A stretch of DNA of 64,000 nucleotides from NCBI GenBank assembly GCA_009914755.4, contig CP086569.2, positions 5,856,001 through 5,920,000 on the forward strand, given 5' to 3'. The notes below the pieces were generated by a model. That model did no database searches. It had not been told where the DNA came from and saw only the letters and a list, made by a program, of their open reading frames with translations. The position numbers were made by a program, and so were the translations under genes. Positions 12,601 through 26,800 of the stretch are shown piece by piece. Positions within the stretch are counted from its first letter, which is position 1. The number at the start of each line of letters is the position of its first letter. The DNA is from the human T2T-CHM13v2.0 reference genome, Homo sapiens.

Positions 12601-13945
12601 ATTAAAAACTAAAATCTGAGACTGCAAACTGTAAAACTACTACAAGAAAACATTGGGGAAAAATCTCCAAGACACTGGTCTCGGCAAGGTTTCTTGAGCA
12701 ATACCCCACAAGCACAGGCAACTAACCAAAAATGAAAAAATGGGATCACATTAAGGTTAAAACTTTATGTACAACAAAGTAAACAATCAACATGTTAAAG
12801 AAACAACCAACAGAATGGGAGACAATATTTGAAACCTACCAATCTGTCAAAGGATTAATAAAGGTAATATATGAAAAGCTCAAACAACCCTATAGAAATA
12901 AATCTAATAATATGATTTTTAAAATGGGCAAAATATTTGAATACACATTTCTCAAAGAAGACATAGAAATGGCAAACAAGCATATTAAAAGTTGGTCAAC
13001 ATAATTGATCATCAGCGAAATGCAAATCAAAACTACAATGAGATATTATCTTTCCCCAGTTAAAATGGCTTATATCCAAAAGACAGGTAATAACAAATGC
13101 TGGAGAGGATGTGCATAAATGAGAATCCTCATACACCATTGAGTGGAATGTAAATTAATATGAGCACTATGGAGAATAGTTTGGAAGTTCCTCAAAAAAA
13201 TAAAAATAGAGCTACCATATGATCCAGCAATCACATGGCTGTGTATATACCCAGAAGAAAGAAAACCAGTATCTCAAAGTGATATCTGTACTCCTGTTTG
13301 TTGCATCACTGTTCACAATAGCCAAGTTTTGAAAGCAACCTAAGTGTCCATTAACAGATGAATGTATAAAAAAATGTGGCACATATACACAATAGAGAAC
13401 TATTTAGATCAAAAAAGAATGAGATCCACTCATTTGGAACAACATGGATGGAACTGGAGATCATTATGTTAAGTGAAATAAGCCAGGCGCAGAAAGAAAA
13501 ACATCACATATTCTCACTTATTTGTGGGATCCTAAAATCAAAACAATTAAACTTATGAACATAGACAGTAGAAGGTTGGTTACCAGAGTCTAGGAAAGAT
13601 AGTTGGGGGCTTGCGGGGAGGTGGGGTGGTTAATGGGTACAAAAAATAGAAAGAATGAATAAGACCTACTATTTGATAGCACACCAGGTTGACTATAGTC
13701 AATTATAATTTAATTTTACATTTTAAAATAAGTGAAAGTATATAATTGGATTGTTTGTAACACAAAAGATAAATGCTTGAGGAGATGGATAGCCAATTTT
13801 CTATGATGTGATTATTATGCATTGCATACCTGTATCAGAACATGACATGTGCCCCACAAATATGTACACCTACAATATACACACAAAAATTGAAAATATT
13901 TTTAAATAAAATGAAACAGTTATTAAAAGTAAAAAAGGAAATAGT
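9690..13945 (+). mobile_element. L1M-like LINE-1: ORF2 (endonuclease, reverse transcriptase, C-terminal domain) and 3'UTR, degraded
   Basis: ORF2 start (tcagtaataacttttaatgtaaatggactaaactttccaatcaaaagacatagagtggc). ORF 10066-10425 covers the EN domain (..GTLRYMKQILLELKREIGPNTIIAGDINPPLSAMKQ..). ORF 11346-11591 covers RT. The 3' part (gcgaaatgcaaatcaaaactacaatgagatattatc..) ends in an A-rich tail near 13945. Confidence 0.85.
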
Positions 13946-14224
13946 TCCCATATCACACACTTTAAGTTTTACATACATATTCTTATAATGGTAGAGAATA
14001 AAATCAGAATCAATTTTAGAATTCCAGGAGTGGTGTGCATTTATGTCCCCAATCCTCCTCTCCCATTCCACCCCGACTTCTGCCAGTGAGGTTAAAAATA
14101 GATGGTAATGTTAATGTGGTTCAGTGGACAGAATATGAATTTGGAGTCTGAATGATCTTGATTTAAATATGTAATAAAGGAAATGTGTTACATATATACA
14201 ATGGAATATATCTGGATCTGATCT

Positions 14225-14350
14225 GGATTTGAATATTAGTCCTCCCACCAACTGGCTGTATCTTGGACAAGATAAATTTTTTCAATCTTAGGTTTCTCAC
14301 CTATAAGTAAAAATGATGAATTGAATAGGTGCTCAGTAATTATAAATTTC
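14225..14350 (+). mobile_element. Possible MIR (ancient SINE) core fragment
   Basis: ggctgtatcttggacaagataaattttttcaatcttaggtttctcacctataagtaaaaatgatgaattgaataggtgctcagtaattataaa resembles the MIR core (gctgtgtgaccttgggcaagtcacttaacctctctgagcctcagtttcctcatctgtaaaatggggataataata..gtgcctggcac). Weak. Confidence 0.3.
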
Positions 14351-14753
14351 TATTCCAGATGTACCTATTATTGTGAGGTAGTTGTAGAAAAGAAATAATT
14401 TCTAAGGTATTATATTTTGCTTTGGACATAGTTTTAGTTTTTCATTTATTTTCTGGACATGTTTTATAAAAAGTAAACAGGGAAAACCTTAGATACCACG
14501 TGAAAATATGGGAGGATAGAGATTAGAGAATCAAATTGCTAAGCTAAAGATGTCTTATCTGCACACAGAAAGATCAATTTGTTCAGAAAAACAAAGGAAT
14601 TTCCTAGCACATTATTAAATAAGTTCAAAATATTATTTAAAAGGAAAAAAAAAACAAAACACCAGACTTTAATAAACTAGTTTGAAAAAGAAAAGTTATT
14701 AATTGGCTTAAAAATAAATATAGTCTACATCTGACATTTTAAAGACCATGATG

Positions 14754-15056
<303 letters not shown>

Positions 15057-15209
15057 TACCATGATGGATATTATTGGGAATGATTATATGTTTATATTTT
15101 TAAAACTTACTTCTTTTGATATGAAAGCCCATTGGTAGAAATGAGTTTTTCTTTTATTCAAAATAATCATAAGATCAATCTTGAAAACTTTGCTTAAGAT
15201 GTATTTATG

Positions 15210-15496
<287 letters not shown>

Positions 15497-17714
15497 GGAT
15501 ATTTTTATGGTGTACCTTAAATATAGTTTTATGTTACTTTCTTGGCGGAAAGTGTTTAGCTGAATACAGATGGTAATAACAGAATGGGTCGTTTATTTAG
15601 TTTGTAGTACACCCTGGATATGTTTCTGAAATATCAAAAAGCTTTCAGTTAATCTGTAAGTGTAAGATGATTATAGAAGAAAACAGCTGTTACCTATCTT
15701 TTTCTCCCACTCACAGGAGTATTACAGTCAATTTTGTTTTCTTTCTATGCCTGATTGAGATGATTACTCAAAAAGTAGGTGCTAATGATGCAAGTTTAAA
15801 CCAGGTACTGCTTCTCTCCAAGTAACTTTTCTCCAAGTGTATGATTTTAGATTTTGAAAGCTGCACATGCTCTAAGTGTCACAGATGATTTGTCTGAAAT
15901 AACACTTTACCCACTTAAACTCTGGAGTTTTAATCTTGGGTGAAGAACAGATTCATAATTTCACTTGAAAAAATAAGACTTTTTTTAAGAATAGAGACTA
16001 TTTTGACTTTTAGACTGGTGGAAAACTTTTTCAGAGATCTAAATAAACACTAAGCTAGCCCCTGGGATAAAATCTTCGCTGTAGCCCCTGGGATAAACGT
16101 ATGATGAAGAACAGTGATAATAATGGGATGAATAAAGAGGTAACTGTCTTGAACTTTTTCACCTGCATAATTGAGGCATCGCTTAGGATTGTCTAGACAT
16201 GTGGAAATAATCTTCAGTGTTAGGTTTTACTTCAATGTTGTTGCATATGTGTTTGACAGAGAAAGTTTGCACTGTAGCTACTTTTGATTTTTCAAGAATA
16301 ATTAAGCACCTTCACATTCTTCTCAGCCTTTGCATACCTATTGTCCGCTTTACTGATGATTAGTATCTTCACCAGAAAGCAGATAAGAATGGAGAAACAT
16401 GATTAAATTTAAATGTATAAATTCCATGTGTAGTTTCTTGAATACTTTAGAAATCAATGCCTTGCAACCTTGGCTGCAGATTATAATCAACTGGGGAGCT
16501 TAAAAAATCTCTAATTCTCAGACTGCTCCCCGGTCCAATAAAATCAGATTTCTATTTGTGGGACCCAGACATCAGTAAATTTTAAAGTCTTCCAGGGAAT
16601 CAACTGTGCAGCGAATTAAGAAACCCTGCTCTAAGTCTTTTGAAGATTTAAGAAAAGCTTAGGTCAGTTTCATTTCTAATGGCAAGTTCTTTTTTATTGC
16701 ATTTTTACATGCTTTCTAACTTATACGTTTATGACTGTTTCTAGTTTGATAATTTTAATTGAAATTGTTTCCAATGTTATACATTGCTCAAATGTCATCT
16801 TTTCAGAAAGGCCATCTCTGACCATCCTAAAATAGTCACCAACATACATTATCCTCTATCATCTTGACTTATTTTATGTTTATTCATAGTACTCATTACT
16901 ATATAACATTTGGTTAGGCATTAATCTCTTTATTGTTCATTCTCTGTCATCCCTGTCCTCTTCATTAGAATTTAAACTCCATAATGAAAAGCCTTCTGAT
17001 TTGTTCAATACTACATCCTACATACCTGGAGCAGTGTCTGACACATAATAGATACTTAATAAGTATTTGTAGAATAAATAACAGTTAGTTTGCAGTTAAT
17101 GTATTTCTTTCGTTGCTGGTAATTTGTGTTATCAATATAAAACCTCTAGTCTTACTTTGATTCAGAGAAGTGTAAGAAAATGTATTCTCAAACAGACCAT
17201 TCATTCACTGAATATTGCATTAGTATTAGGTATAAATTAGTTCTTCTCTATTTTATATTACTAGTTGTGAAAAATATTCAGTTAGCAGCAAGTACATTCT
17301 TTCTATTTCAGCGGAGAAACAGAGATATATGTAATTTTTCATTGTCAGATCAAACAATTATCAAGTTGAAAAAAGTTTTTACATCTAAATTTCTGTAGTA
17401 TTGGGTTAAATACGACTCTTGGAGAGATGAGAAAAAGAGTTTGAAGGTAACTTGGTGATGAAATACTATACATTTTAATATATCAAATACATACATTTAG
17501 TATATCAACATTTTTATTTGTGCTGTGAGTCAAAGGTGGGTTTCTTTCTTTTGTATTAAATATAAGTTAATTTATACTTTGAGAGTACATATGTTCTGAG
17601 ATTTTTATATTTAACACATGTAACAAATGCCATAATATTATTTACCATCAGATGGCATAGTGAGCCAAACTGCCTTTTTCAAGATTGCTTCAACGAGATT
17701 TCTCATATTGCATG

Positions 17715-19765
17715 TGTATTAGTCCATTTTCATACTGCTGTGAAGAAATACTCAAGTCTGGGTAATTTATAAAGAAAAAGAGGTTTAATGAACACACAGT
17801 TTCACATGGCTGTGGAGGCCTCACAATCATGACGGAATGTGAAGGAGGAGCTAAGGCATATCTTACATGGTGGAAGGCAAGAGAACTTGTGCAGGGCAAC
17901 TGCCCTGTATAAAACCATCAGATCTCACGAGACTTATTCATTATCATGAGAACAGCATGACAAAAACCCATCCCCATGATTCAATTACCTCCCACCGGGT
18001 CCCTCCACAACATGTGGAGATTATGGGAGCTGCAGTTCAAGATGAGATTTGGGTGGGGACACAGCCAAACCATATCATTCCATCTCTGGACCTTCCCAAA
18101 TCTCATGTCCTCACATTTCAAAACCACTGATGCCTTCCCAATGGTCCCCCAAAGTCTTAACTCATTTCATCAACTCAAAAGTCCACAATTCAAGGTCTCA
18201 TCTGAGACAAGGCAAGTCCCTTCCACCTATGAGCATATAAAATCAAAAGCAAGTTAATCACTTCTGGATACAATGGGGGTATAAGTATTGGGTAAATACA
18301 TCCATTCCAAATGGGAGAAATTGGCCAAAAAGAAAGGGCTACCAGCCCTATGAAGGTCCAAAATCCAGTGGGGCAGTCAAATCTTAAAGCACCAAAATGA
18401 TCTCCTTTGAATCCATGTCTCGCATGCAGGTTATGCTGATGCAAGAAGTAAGCTCCCATGGAAAAGAGCTCCCAGCTCTTCCTTTTTTGCTTTGCAGGGT
18501 ACAGTTCCCCTCCTGGCTGCTTTCATTGGTGGGCATTGAGTGTCCGCAGCTTTTCCAGGTGCACAGTGCAAGCTGTTGGAGAATCTACCACTCTCAGGTT
18601 TGAAGGAAGGTGGCCCTCCTCTCACAGCTTCACTATGCAGTGTCCCAGTGGGGACTCTGTGTGGGGGCTCACACCCCACCTTTCTCTTTCACACTGCACT
18701 AGCAGAATTTATCCATGAGGGCTCTGTCCCTGTAGCACACCTCTGCCTAGCCATTCAGGTGTTTCCATACATCCTCTGAAATCTAGGTGGAGGTTCCCAA
18801 ACCTCAATTCTTAACTTTTCTGCACCCACAGGCCCAATATCACGTTTTAGCTGCCAAGGCTTAGGGTTTGCTTCTTCTGAAGCAACAGCCTGAGCTTTAT
18901 GTTGGCATCTTTTAGCCAAGGCTAGGATGCAGGGCACCAAGTCCTGAGACTGCACAAAACAGCAAGGCCCCGCGTCTGGCTCACAAAACAATTTTTTCCT
19001 CCTAAGCTTCTGGACCTGTGATGGGAGGGGCTGCTGTGGAGACCTCTGACATGCCCTGGAGACATTTTCCCTGTTATCCATGATTAACATTTGGCCCCTT
19101 ATTACTTATGCAAATTTTTGTATCTGGCTTGAATTTCTCCTCAAAAAACTTTTTTTTTCTATCACATTGTCAGGCTTCAAATTTTCCAAACTTTTATGTT
19201 CTGCTTCCCATTTAAACGTAAGTTCCAATTCCAAACCATATCTTTGTGAATGAATAAAACTGAATGCTTTAAAGAGCACCCAGGCAATGTCTTGAACATG
19301 TTGCTGCTTAGAAATTTATTCCACCAGATACCCTAAATCATCTCTCTCAAGTTCAAAGTTCCACAGATCTCTAGGGTAGGGACAAAATGCTGCCAGTCTC
19401 TTTGCTAAAGCATAGCAAGAATCACCTTAGCTCCAGTTTCCAGTAAGTTCCTCATCTTCATCTGAAACCACCTTAGTCTGGACTTCATTTTGATATCAGT
19501 ATCAGCATTTTGGTCAAAACTATTCAACAAGTCTCTAGGAAGCTCCAAACTTTCCCACGTCTTCCTGTCTTCTTCTGAGCCCTCCAAACTATTCCAACCT
19601 CTGCCTATTTCTCAGTTCAAAAGTCATTTTTACATTTTAGGCATCTTAGTAGCAGTGCCTCACTCCCAGTTCCAATTTACTATATTTGTCCATTTTCATA
19701 CTGCTATGAAGAAATACCTGAGACGTGGTCATTTATAAAGAAAAAGAAGTTTAATAAACTAAGAG
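17715..19765 (-). mobile_element. THE1-class ERVL-MaLR retrotransposon: 3' LTR (17715-18076), internal region (18077-19682), truncated 5' LTR remnant (19683-19765)
   Basis: LTR is the reverse complement of the THE1 consensus (tgtattagtccattttcatactgctgtgaagaaatactcaagtctgggtaatttataaagaaaaagaggtttaat ... gatttgggtggggacacagccaaaccatatca). Internal part carries MaLR-int motifs (ctcatctgagacaaggcaagtcccttccacctatgagc). A second copy of the LTR start motif lies at 19683. Confidence 0.85.
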
Positions 19766-20212
19766 ATCTATTGATAATTTAAGTTCTCATTGAAAAAACC
19801 CTCTATTGGAATCCCAAACTGAACTGGAAACTAGAATTTTGCAAACTAAAGTTAGTTTTTCAATATCCTCTTCTCTGACATCTAACTACTTATTGTAAAC
19901 CTTTTTGTCTCTGATTATTCAGAGTGATCAGGTCAGGCCTTTGCTGTTTCAACTCAGCTACATAGAAACCGCCAATGACTCATAGCTTATTACAGTGTCT
20001 TTTTGATACCCTGCTTAACTTAAGACTATAGCAGCCACCAATAAACTTGTGAAGGCTTCTGCTGACATACTCTTGGGCACTTCCTTGTAACTAATGGTCT
20101 CCCATGGTGTACAATCTTTGGTACGCATTTAAAAAAAATTATTTTCAAGTTAGCTTATAAGATATTCATATTTTCTCTTTCATATGTTATTATTGAAGGA
20201 AATTATGTATTT

Positions 20213-21409
<1,197 letters not shown>

Positions 21410-21411
21410 AT

Positions 21412-21745
21412 GCCCATTCTTTTTTATTTCAATAGCTTTAGGATATATGTGGTTTTTGGTTATATGGATGAATTGTATAGTGGTGAAGTCTGAGATTTTT
21501 GTGCATCCATCAACTGAGTAGTGTACACTGCGCCCAATATGTAGGTTTTTTTTAATCTATCACCCCACTCCCACCCACTCTTTTATTGAGTTTCTAATGT
21601 CCATTATACCATTCTGCATGGTTTTGTGTACTCATAGCTTAGCTCCCACTGATAGGTCAGAACATACAGTATTTTGTTTTCCATTCTTGAGTTACTTCAC
21701 TTAGAATAATGGCCTCCAATTTCATCCAAATTGCTGCAAAATACA
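21412..21745 (-). mobile_element. Old LINE-1 3'-terminal fragment (antisense). The Alu above inserted into its tail.
   Basis: ttttttatttcaatagctttaggatatatgtggtttttggttatatggatgaattgtatagtggtgaagtctgagatttttgtgcatccatc...ctcccactgataggtcagaacatac...ggcctccaatttcatccaaattgctgcaaaatac matches the reverse complement of an L1PB/L1MA-type 3'UTR and ORF2 end. Confidence 0.75.
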
Positions 21746-24700
21746 TTATTTTGCACTTTTTTATGCCAAGCCCCAATTCTTTCAGTAACTTCAAGACGGT
21801 ATATAAGCTTCTGAATCCCATTAGGGGGCTGGGATATAATAACTACTGTTCTCCCCCATGTGCACATTCATAAATTTGTACGCCTTTTTTCCAGTTAATC
21901 TGCCACTTGTAAGTTGATTTTTTAGTGAAACTTCAGAGAGTAAAGAGGAAGTTTTCCCGTGACCCTGACTGTTTTGGCACTGTGCACAGTATACCAAAGC
22001 TCTGCTCTTCCTGAAATCGCAGTGAATGGAACCCAGAATCTAATAAGCCAGAAGAAGTGTAAGAATTTCTTACCAAGCACATGGTAGAAATCACTGTTAT
22101 TCTCTTTATTTTCTGCAAAATTTTATATAATGGGAGAACACAATTAGTGTAAGTAGTCTTGGATGTAGCAACTCTGGTGCACTTTATGGTATGAATTTTC
22201 CTACCCTTGATCCCTTCTTTCCCAGAAATAGTGTTTTCCTTTGACTTTGTCTTTTCTGTGTTATTCTGTCATAAAGAGGATAGAGCATTTCTTTAATAAT
22301 TAATGATGTTGAACATCTTTTCATATGTCTATTTGTCATTTGTATATCTTTTATGAAATGTCTATTCAAATGTTTGCCCTTTTGTTTGATCAGATTATTG
22401 GATTTTTACCTATAGAGTTGCTTGAGCTCCTTAAATGGGGGATTATGGTTATTAATTCCTGGTCAGATGGGTAGCTTGCAAATATTTTATCCCATTTCGT
22501 GAATGTCTCTTCACTTTGTTGATTGTATATTTTGCTCTGCAGAAGCTTTTTAACTTAATGTGATCACATCTGTCAATCTTTGCTTTGATTACCTGCACTT
22601 GCATATTACTCAACAAATTTTTGCCCAGACCAATGTCATGAAGATTTTTCCCAATATTTTCTTGTAGTAGTTTTATGATTTGAGGTCTTAAATTTAAGCC
22701 CTTAATCTATTTTGATTTGATTTTTATATATGGTAAGAGATAGGGGTCTAGTTTAATTCTTTTGAATACAGATAACTAGTTTTCCCTGTAACATTTATTG
22801 AAGAAACTGTTTTTCCCCAGCATGTGTTCTTGGCGTCTTTGTAAAAAATTAGTTGATTGTAGGTATGTGGATTTGTTTCTGGGTTCTCTATAGTTTTCCA
22901 TTCATCGATGTGTCTGCTTTTATGCCAGTATCATGCTCTTTGGTTACTATAGCTCTGTAGCATAATTTGAAGTCAGGTAAGGTGATCTTCCAGTTTTGTT
23001 CATTTTGTTCAGGGTAGCTTTGGTTATTCCAGGCATTTGATGTTTCCATATAAATTGCATGATTTTTTTTTCTATTTCCATGAAGAATGTCATTGATATT
23101 TTAATAGGGATTGCATTAAATCTGCAGATTGCTTTGGATAGTATGGACATTTTACCAATAGTGATTTTCCCAATCCATGAACATAGAATATTTTTTAAAT
23201 TTTTTGTTGTCTCCTTCAGTTTTACAATTTTCATTAAGAGATCATTCACTCTGGTTAATTCCTAGGTATTACATTTTACTTGTGACTATTGTTTTTCACT
23301 TATATTTTAAATTTTTCACTGCTGGCATATAGAAATGCTACTGGTTTTTGTATATTGATTTTGTATCCTGAAACTTCACTGAAATTGATCAGTTCTTATA
23401 ATTTTCTAGTGGAATTTTTAGGTTTTTCCAAATGTAAAAGCATATCATCTGCAAACAGGGATAATTTGACTTCTTCCTTTTTAATTTGGGTGCACTTTAT
23501 ATCTTTCTCTTGTATGGTTGCTCCAGCTAGGACTCCCAGTACTATGTTGAATAACAGTGGTGACACAGGGCATCCATGTTGTCTTCCAGATGTTATATAA
23601 GAGGCTTTCAGTTTTTCTCCATTCAGTATGATACTATTTGTGGGTCTGTTGTAAATGGCCTTAATTATGTTGAGGCAAATTTCTTCTATACCCAGTTTTT
23701 TGAGGGTTTTTATTATGAGCAACGTTCAATTTTATCAACTTTGTTCAGAATCAATTGAAATGATCTTCAATCTCTCGGTTTGGTGTATCATATTGATTAA
23801 TTTGTGTATGTTCAAACATCTTTGCATCCCACGATTAAATCCTACTTTAACCCTGGTCATGACAAATAATCTTCGTAATGTATTGTTGAATTTCATTTGC
23901 TAGTATTTTGGTGAGGATTTTTGGATCAATACTCATAAGAGATATTGGCCTATAGTTTTCTTCTTCTTTTTTTTTTGATGTGTCTTTTTCTGGTTTCAGT
24001 ATCAGGGTAATTACTGACCTCATAGGATGTGTTTGGAATTATTCCCTCCTCTATTTTTTAGAACAGCTCGAGTTTGATTGATATTAGATCTTCTTTAAAT
24101 GTTTGGATTAATTAAGCAATGAAACCGTCAGGTGCCGACCTTTTCTTTGCTGGGAGACTTTTTATTATGGCTTTGATCTCATTACTTGATATTGGTCTGT
24201 TCAGGTTTTGGATTTCTTCCTGGTTGAATCTTAGTAGCTTGCAGGTCCAGGAATTTGTCCATTTTTTTATATATATATTTTCTATTTTACTGGCATATAT
24301 TTGCTTATAGTAGCCACTAATAATCCTTTAAATTACTGTAGTATCAGTTGTAATGTCTTCTTTTTAATTTCTGATTTTGTTTGGATCTTCTTTTTTTTCT
24401 TAGTAAGCCTGACTAAAGCTTTGTCAATTTTGTTTAACTTTTTGAATAAGCAACTTTTTGTTCAATGATCTTTTGTATTTTATTTCATTTCAATTTTATT
24501 TATGCTCTGATTTTTATTATTTATTTTCTTCTACTTAATTTGGGTTTGGTTTGCTCTTGCTTTTCTAGTTCCTTAAGATGCCTCATTAGATTTTGTATTT
24601 AAAGCTTTTTCTCTTTTTTGATGTAAGCACTTATTGCTGTAAACTCCCCTATGATCACTGCTTTTACTGTAGGCCATAGGTTTTGGTCTGCTGTGGTTTC

Positions 24701-24785
24701 ATTATCATGTGTTTAAAAATTTTTTGATTTTCTTCTTTATTTATTGACCCACTTTTTGTTCAGGAGCATATTATTAATTTCATGT

Positions 24786-25148
24786 TGTATTAGTCTGTTC
24801 TCATGCTGCTAATAAAGACATACTCAAGACTGGGTAATTTACAAAGGAAAGAGGTTTAATTGACTCATGGTTCCACATGGCTCAGGAGGCCTCATAATCA
24901 TGGTGGAAGGCAAAGAGGAGCAAAGCCACATCTTACATGGTGGCAGTCAAGACAGCATGTGCAGGAGACCTCCCCTTTATAAAACCATCAGATCTCATGA
25001 GACTTATTCACAATCATGAGAATAGCATGGGAAAACCCTGCTTCCACGATTCAATTACCTCTCACCAGGAGTCTCCCATGACACATGAAGATTATGTGAG
25101 CTACAATTCAAGATGAGATGTGGGTGGGGACACAAACAAACCATATCA
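24786..25148 (-). mobile_element. THE1-type MaLR solo LTR nested inside the L1
   Basis: tgtattagtctgttctcatgctgctaataaagacatactcaagactgggtaatttacaaaggaaagaggtttaattgactcatggttccacatggctcaggaggcctcataatcatggtgg...gatgtgggtggggacacaaacaaaccatatca. L1 antisense sequence resumes on both sides. Confidence 0.85.
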
Positions 25149-25792
25149 GATGTATTTGTGTAAGTTCCCAAATTTCTTTTCTTAGGGATTTCTAGTTTTA
25201 TTTCATTCTGTTTAGATAAATTGTTGGATATTATTTCAATAGTTTGACTGTTCTAAGACTTGTTTTGTGACTTAACATATGGTTTATCCTGGAGAATAAT
25301 CCATACGCTGAGGAAAAGAATGTGTGTTCTGCAGCCATTGGATGAAGTGTTCTATGCATATTCTTTAGATTCACTTGATTTATAGCACAAATTAAGTCCA
25401 ATGATTATTTGTTGATTTTCTGTCTGAAGAATCTGTCTAATGTTGAATGTGAGGTGTTGGTGTCTCTAGCTATTATTGTATTGGGGCCTATCTCCCTCTG
25501 TAGCCCTAAAAATACATTATATATATATATTTAAAATTGAAATATTTTCTTGCTGAATTGACTACTTTATCATTATATAGTGACCTTCTGTGCCTCTTTC
25601 TATAATTTTTCATCTTGAAATCTATTTTGATTAATATAAGTATAGTGAATCTTGGTCTTTTTTGGTTTCCATTTACATGGAATATCTTTTCTCTGTGTCT
25701 TTATTTTTAGTCCATGTGTATCTTTATAGGTGAAGTGTGTTTTTGTAGGCAACAGATAAATAGGTATTTTTTTAAAAAATCTGTTCAGCTAC

Positions 25793-26800
25793 TAATATTG
25801 TTTGGGTTTCTGTCCCTGCTGAAATCTCATGTCGAGTTGTAACCCCAGTGTTGGAGGAGGGGCCTTGTAAGAGGTGATTGAATCATGGGGGTGGACTTTC
25901 CCCTTGGTGTTCCTATGATAGTGATTTCTCATGAAATCTGATTGTTTAAAAGTGTGTATCACCTGCCCCTTCTCTCTTTTCCTCCTGCTCTGGCCACATG
26001 ACGACAGGCCTCCTTTCTCTTCACCTTCCACCATGATTGTAAGTTTCCTGAGGCCTCTCAGTCATGCTTTCTGTACAGCCTGCAGAACAGTGAGCCAGTC
26101 AAACCTTTATTCTTTATAAATTACCCAGTCTTGGGTAATAATTTATAGTAGTGCAAGTATGGACTAATATAAACAATTGGTACCAGGAGTATGGTATTGA
26201 TATAAAGATACCTGAAACTGTGGGATCAGCTTTGCAACTGGTTAATGGGCAGAGGTTGGAACAGTTTGTAGGGTTCAGAAGAAGACAAAAATATGAGGCA
26301 AAGTTTGAAACTTCCTAGAAACTTGTTAAATTTTTGTGACCAAAATGCTGACAGTGATATGGACAATGAAGTGCAGGCTAAGGTGGTTGTCTCAGATTGA
26401 GATGAGGAACTTATTGGGAACTAGAGTAAACGTCACTCTTAGACTTTAGCAAAGAGACTCAGGCATGGAGGCCTAGGAGGGAAGAATGGTTTTGTGGGCC
26501 AGGCCCAGAACCCCACTGCTTTCTGCAGCCTTGGGACATGGTGCCCTGAACCACAGCTGCTCCAGCTCCAGCTGTGGCTGACAGGGGCCAAGATACAGTT
26601 TGGACTATTGCTTCAGAGGGTGCAAGCCCCAAGATTTGGCAGCTTCCAGGTGGTACTAATTCTGCAGGTGCACAGAGGGCAAGAGTTGAGGCTTGGGAGC
26701 CTCTGTCTAGATTTCAGAAACTTTTGAGTTAATGTTGAAATGAGGTAAGACTGGGGAACTGTTGAGAATAGACAATTATATTTTTTAATAAGAGAAAGAC
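25793..26800 (+). mobile_element. MST/MLT-type ERVL-MaLR: LTR (25793-~26150) plus 5' part of internal region, nested in the L1
   Basis: LTR start ..tgtttgggtttctgtccctgctgaaatctcatgtcgagttgtaaccccagtgttggaggaggggccttgtaagaggtgattgaatcatggggg.. LTR end ..ctttataaattacccagtcttgggtaataatttatagtagtgcaagtatggactaata. The internal part reads gcagccttgggacatggtgccctgaaccacagctgctccagctccagctgtggctgacaggggccaag. Confidence 0.8.
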
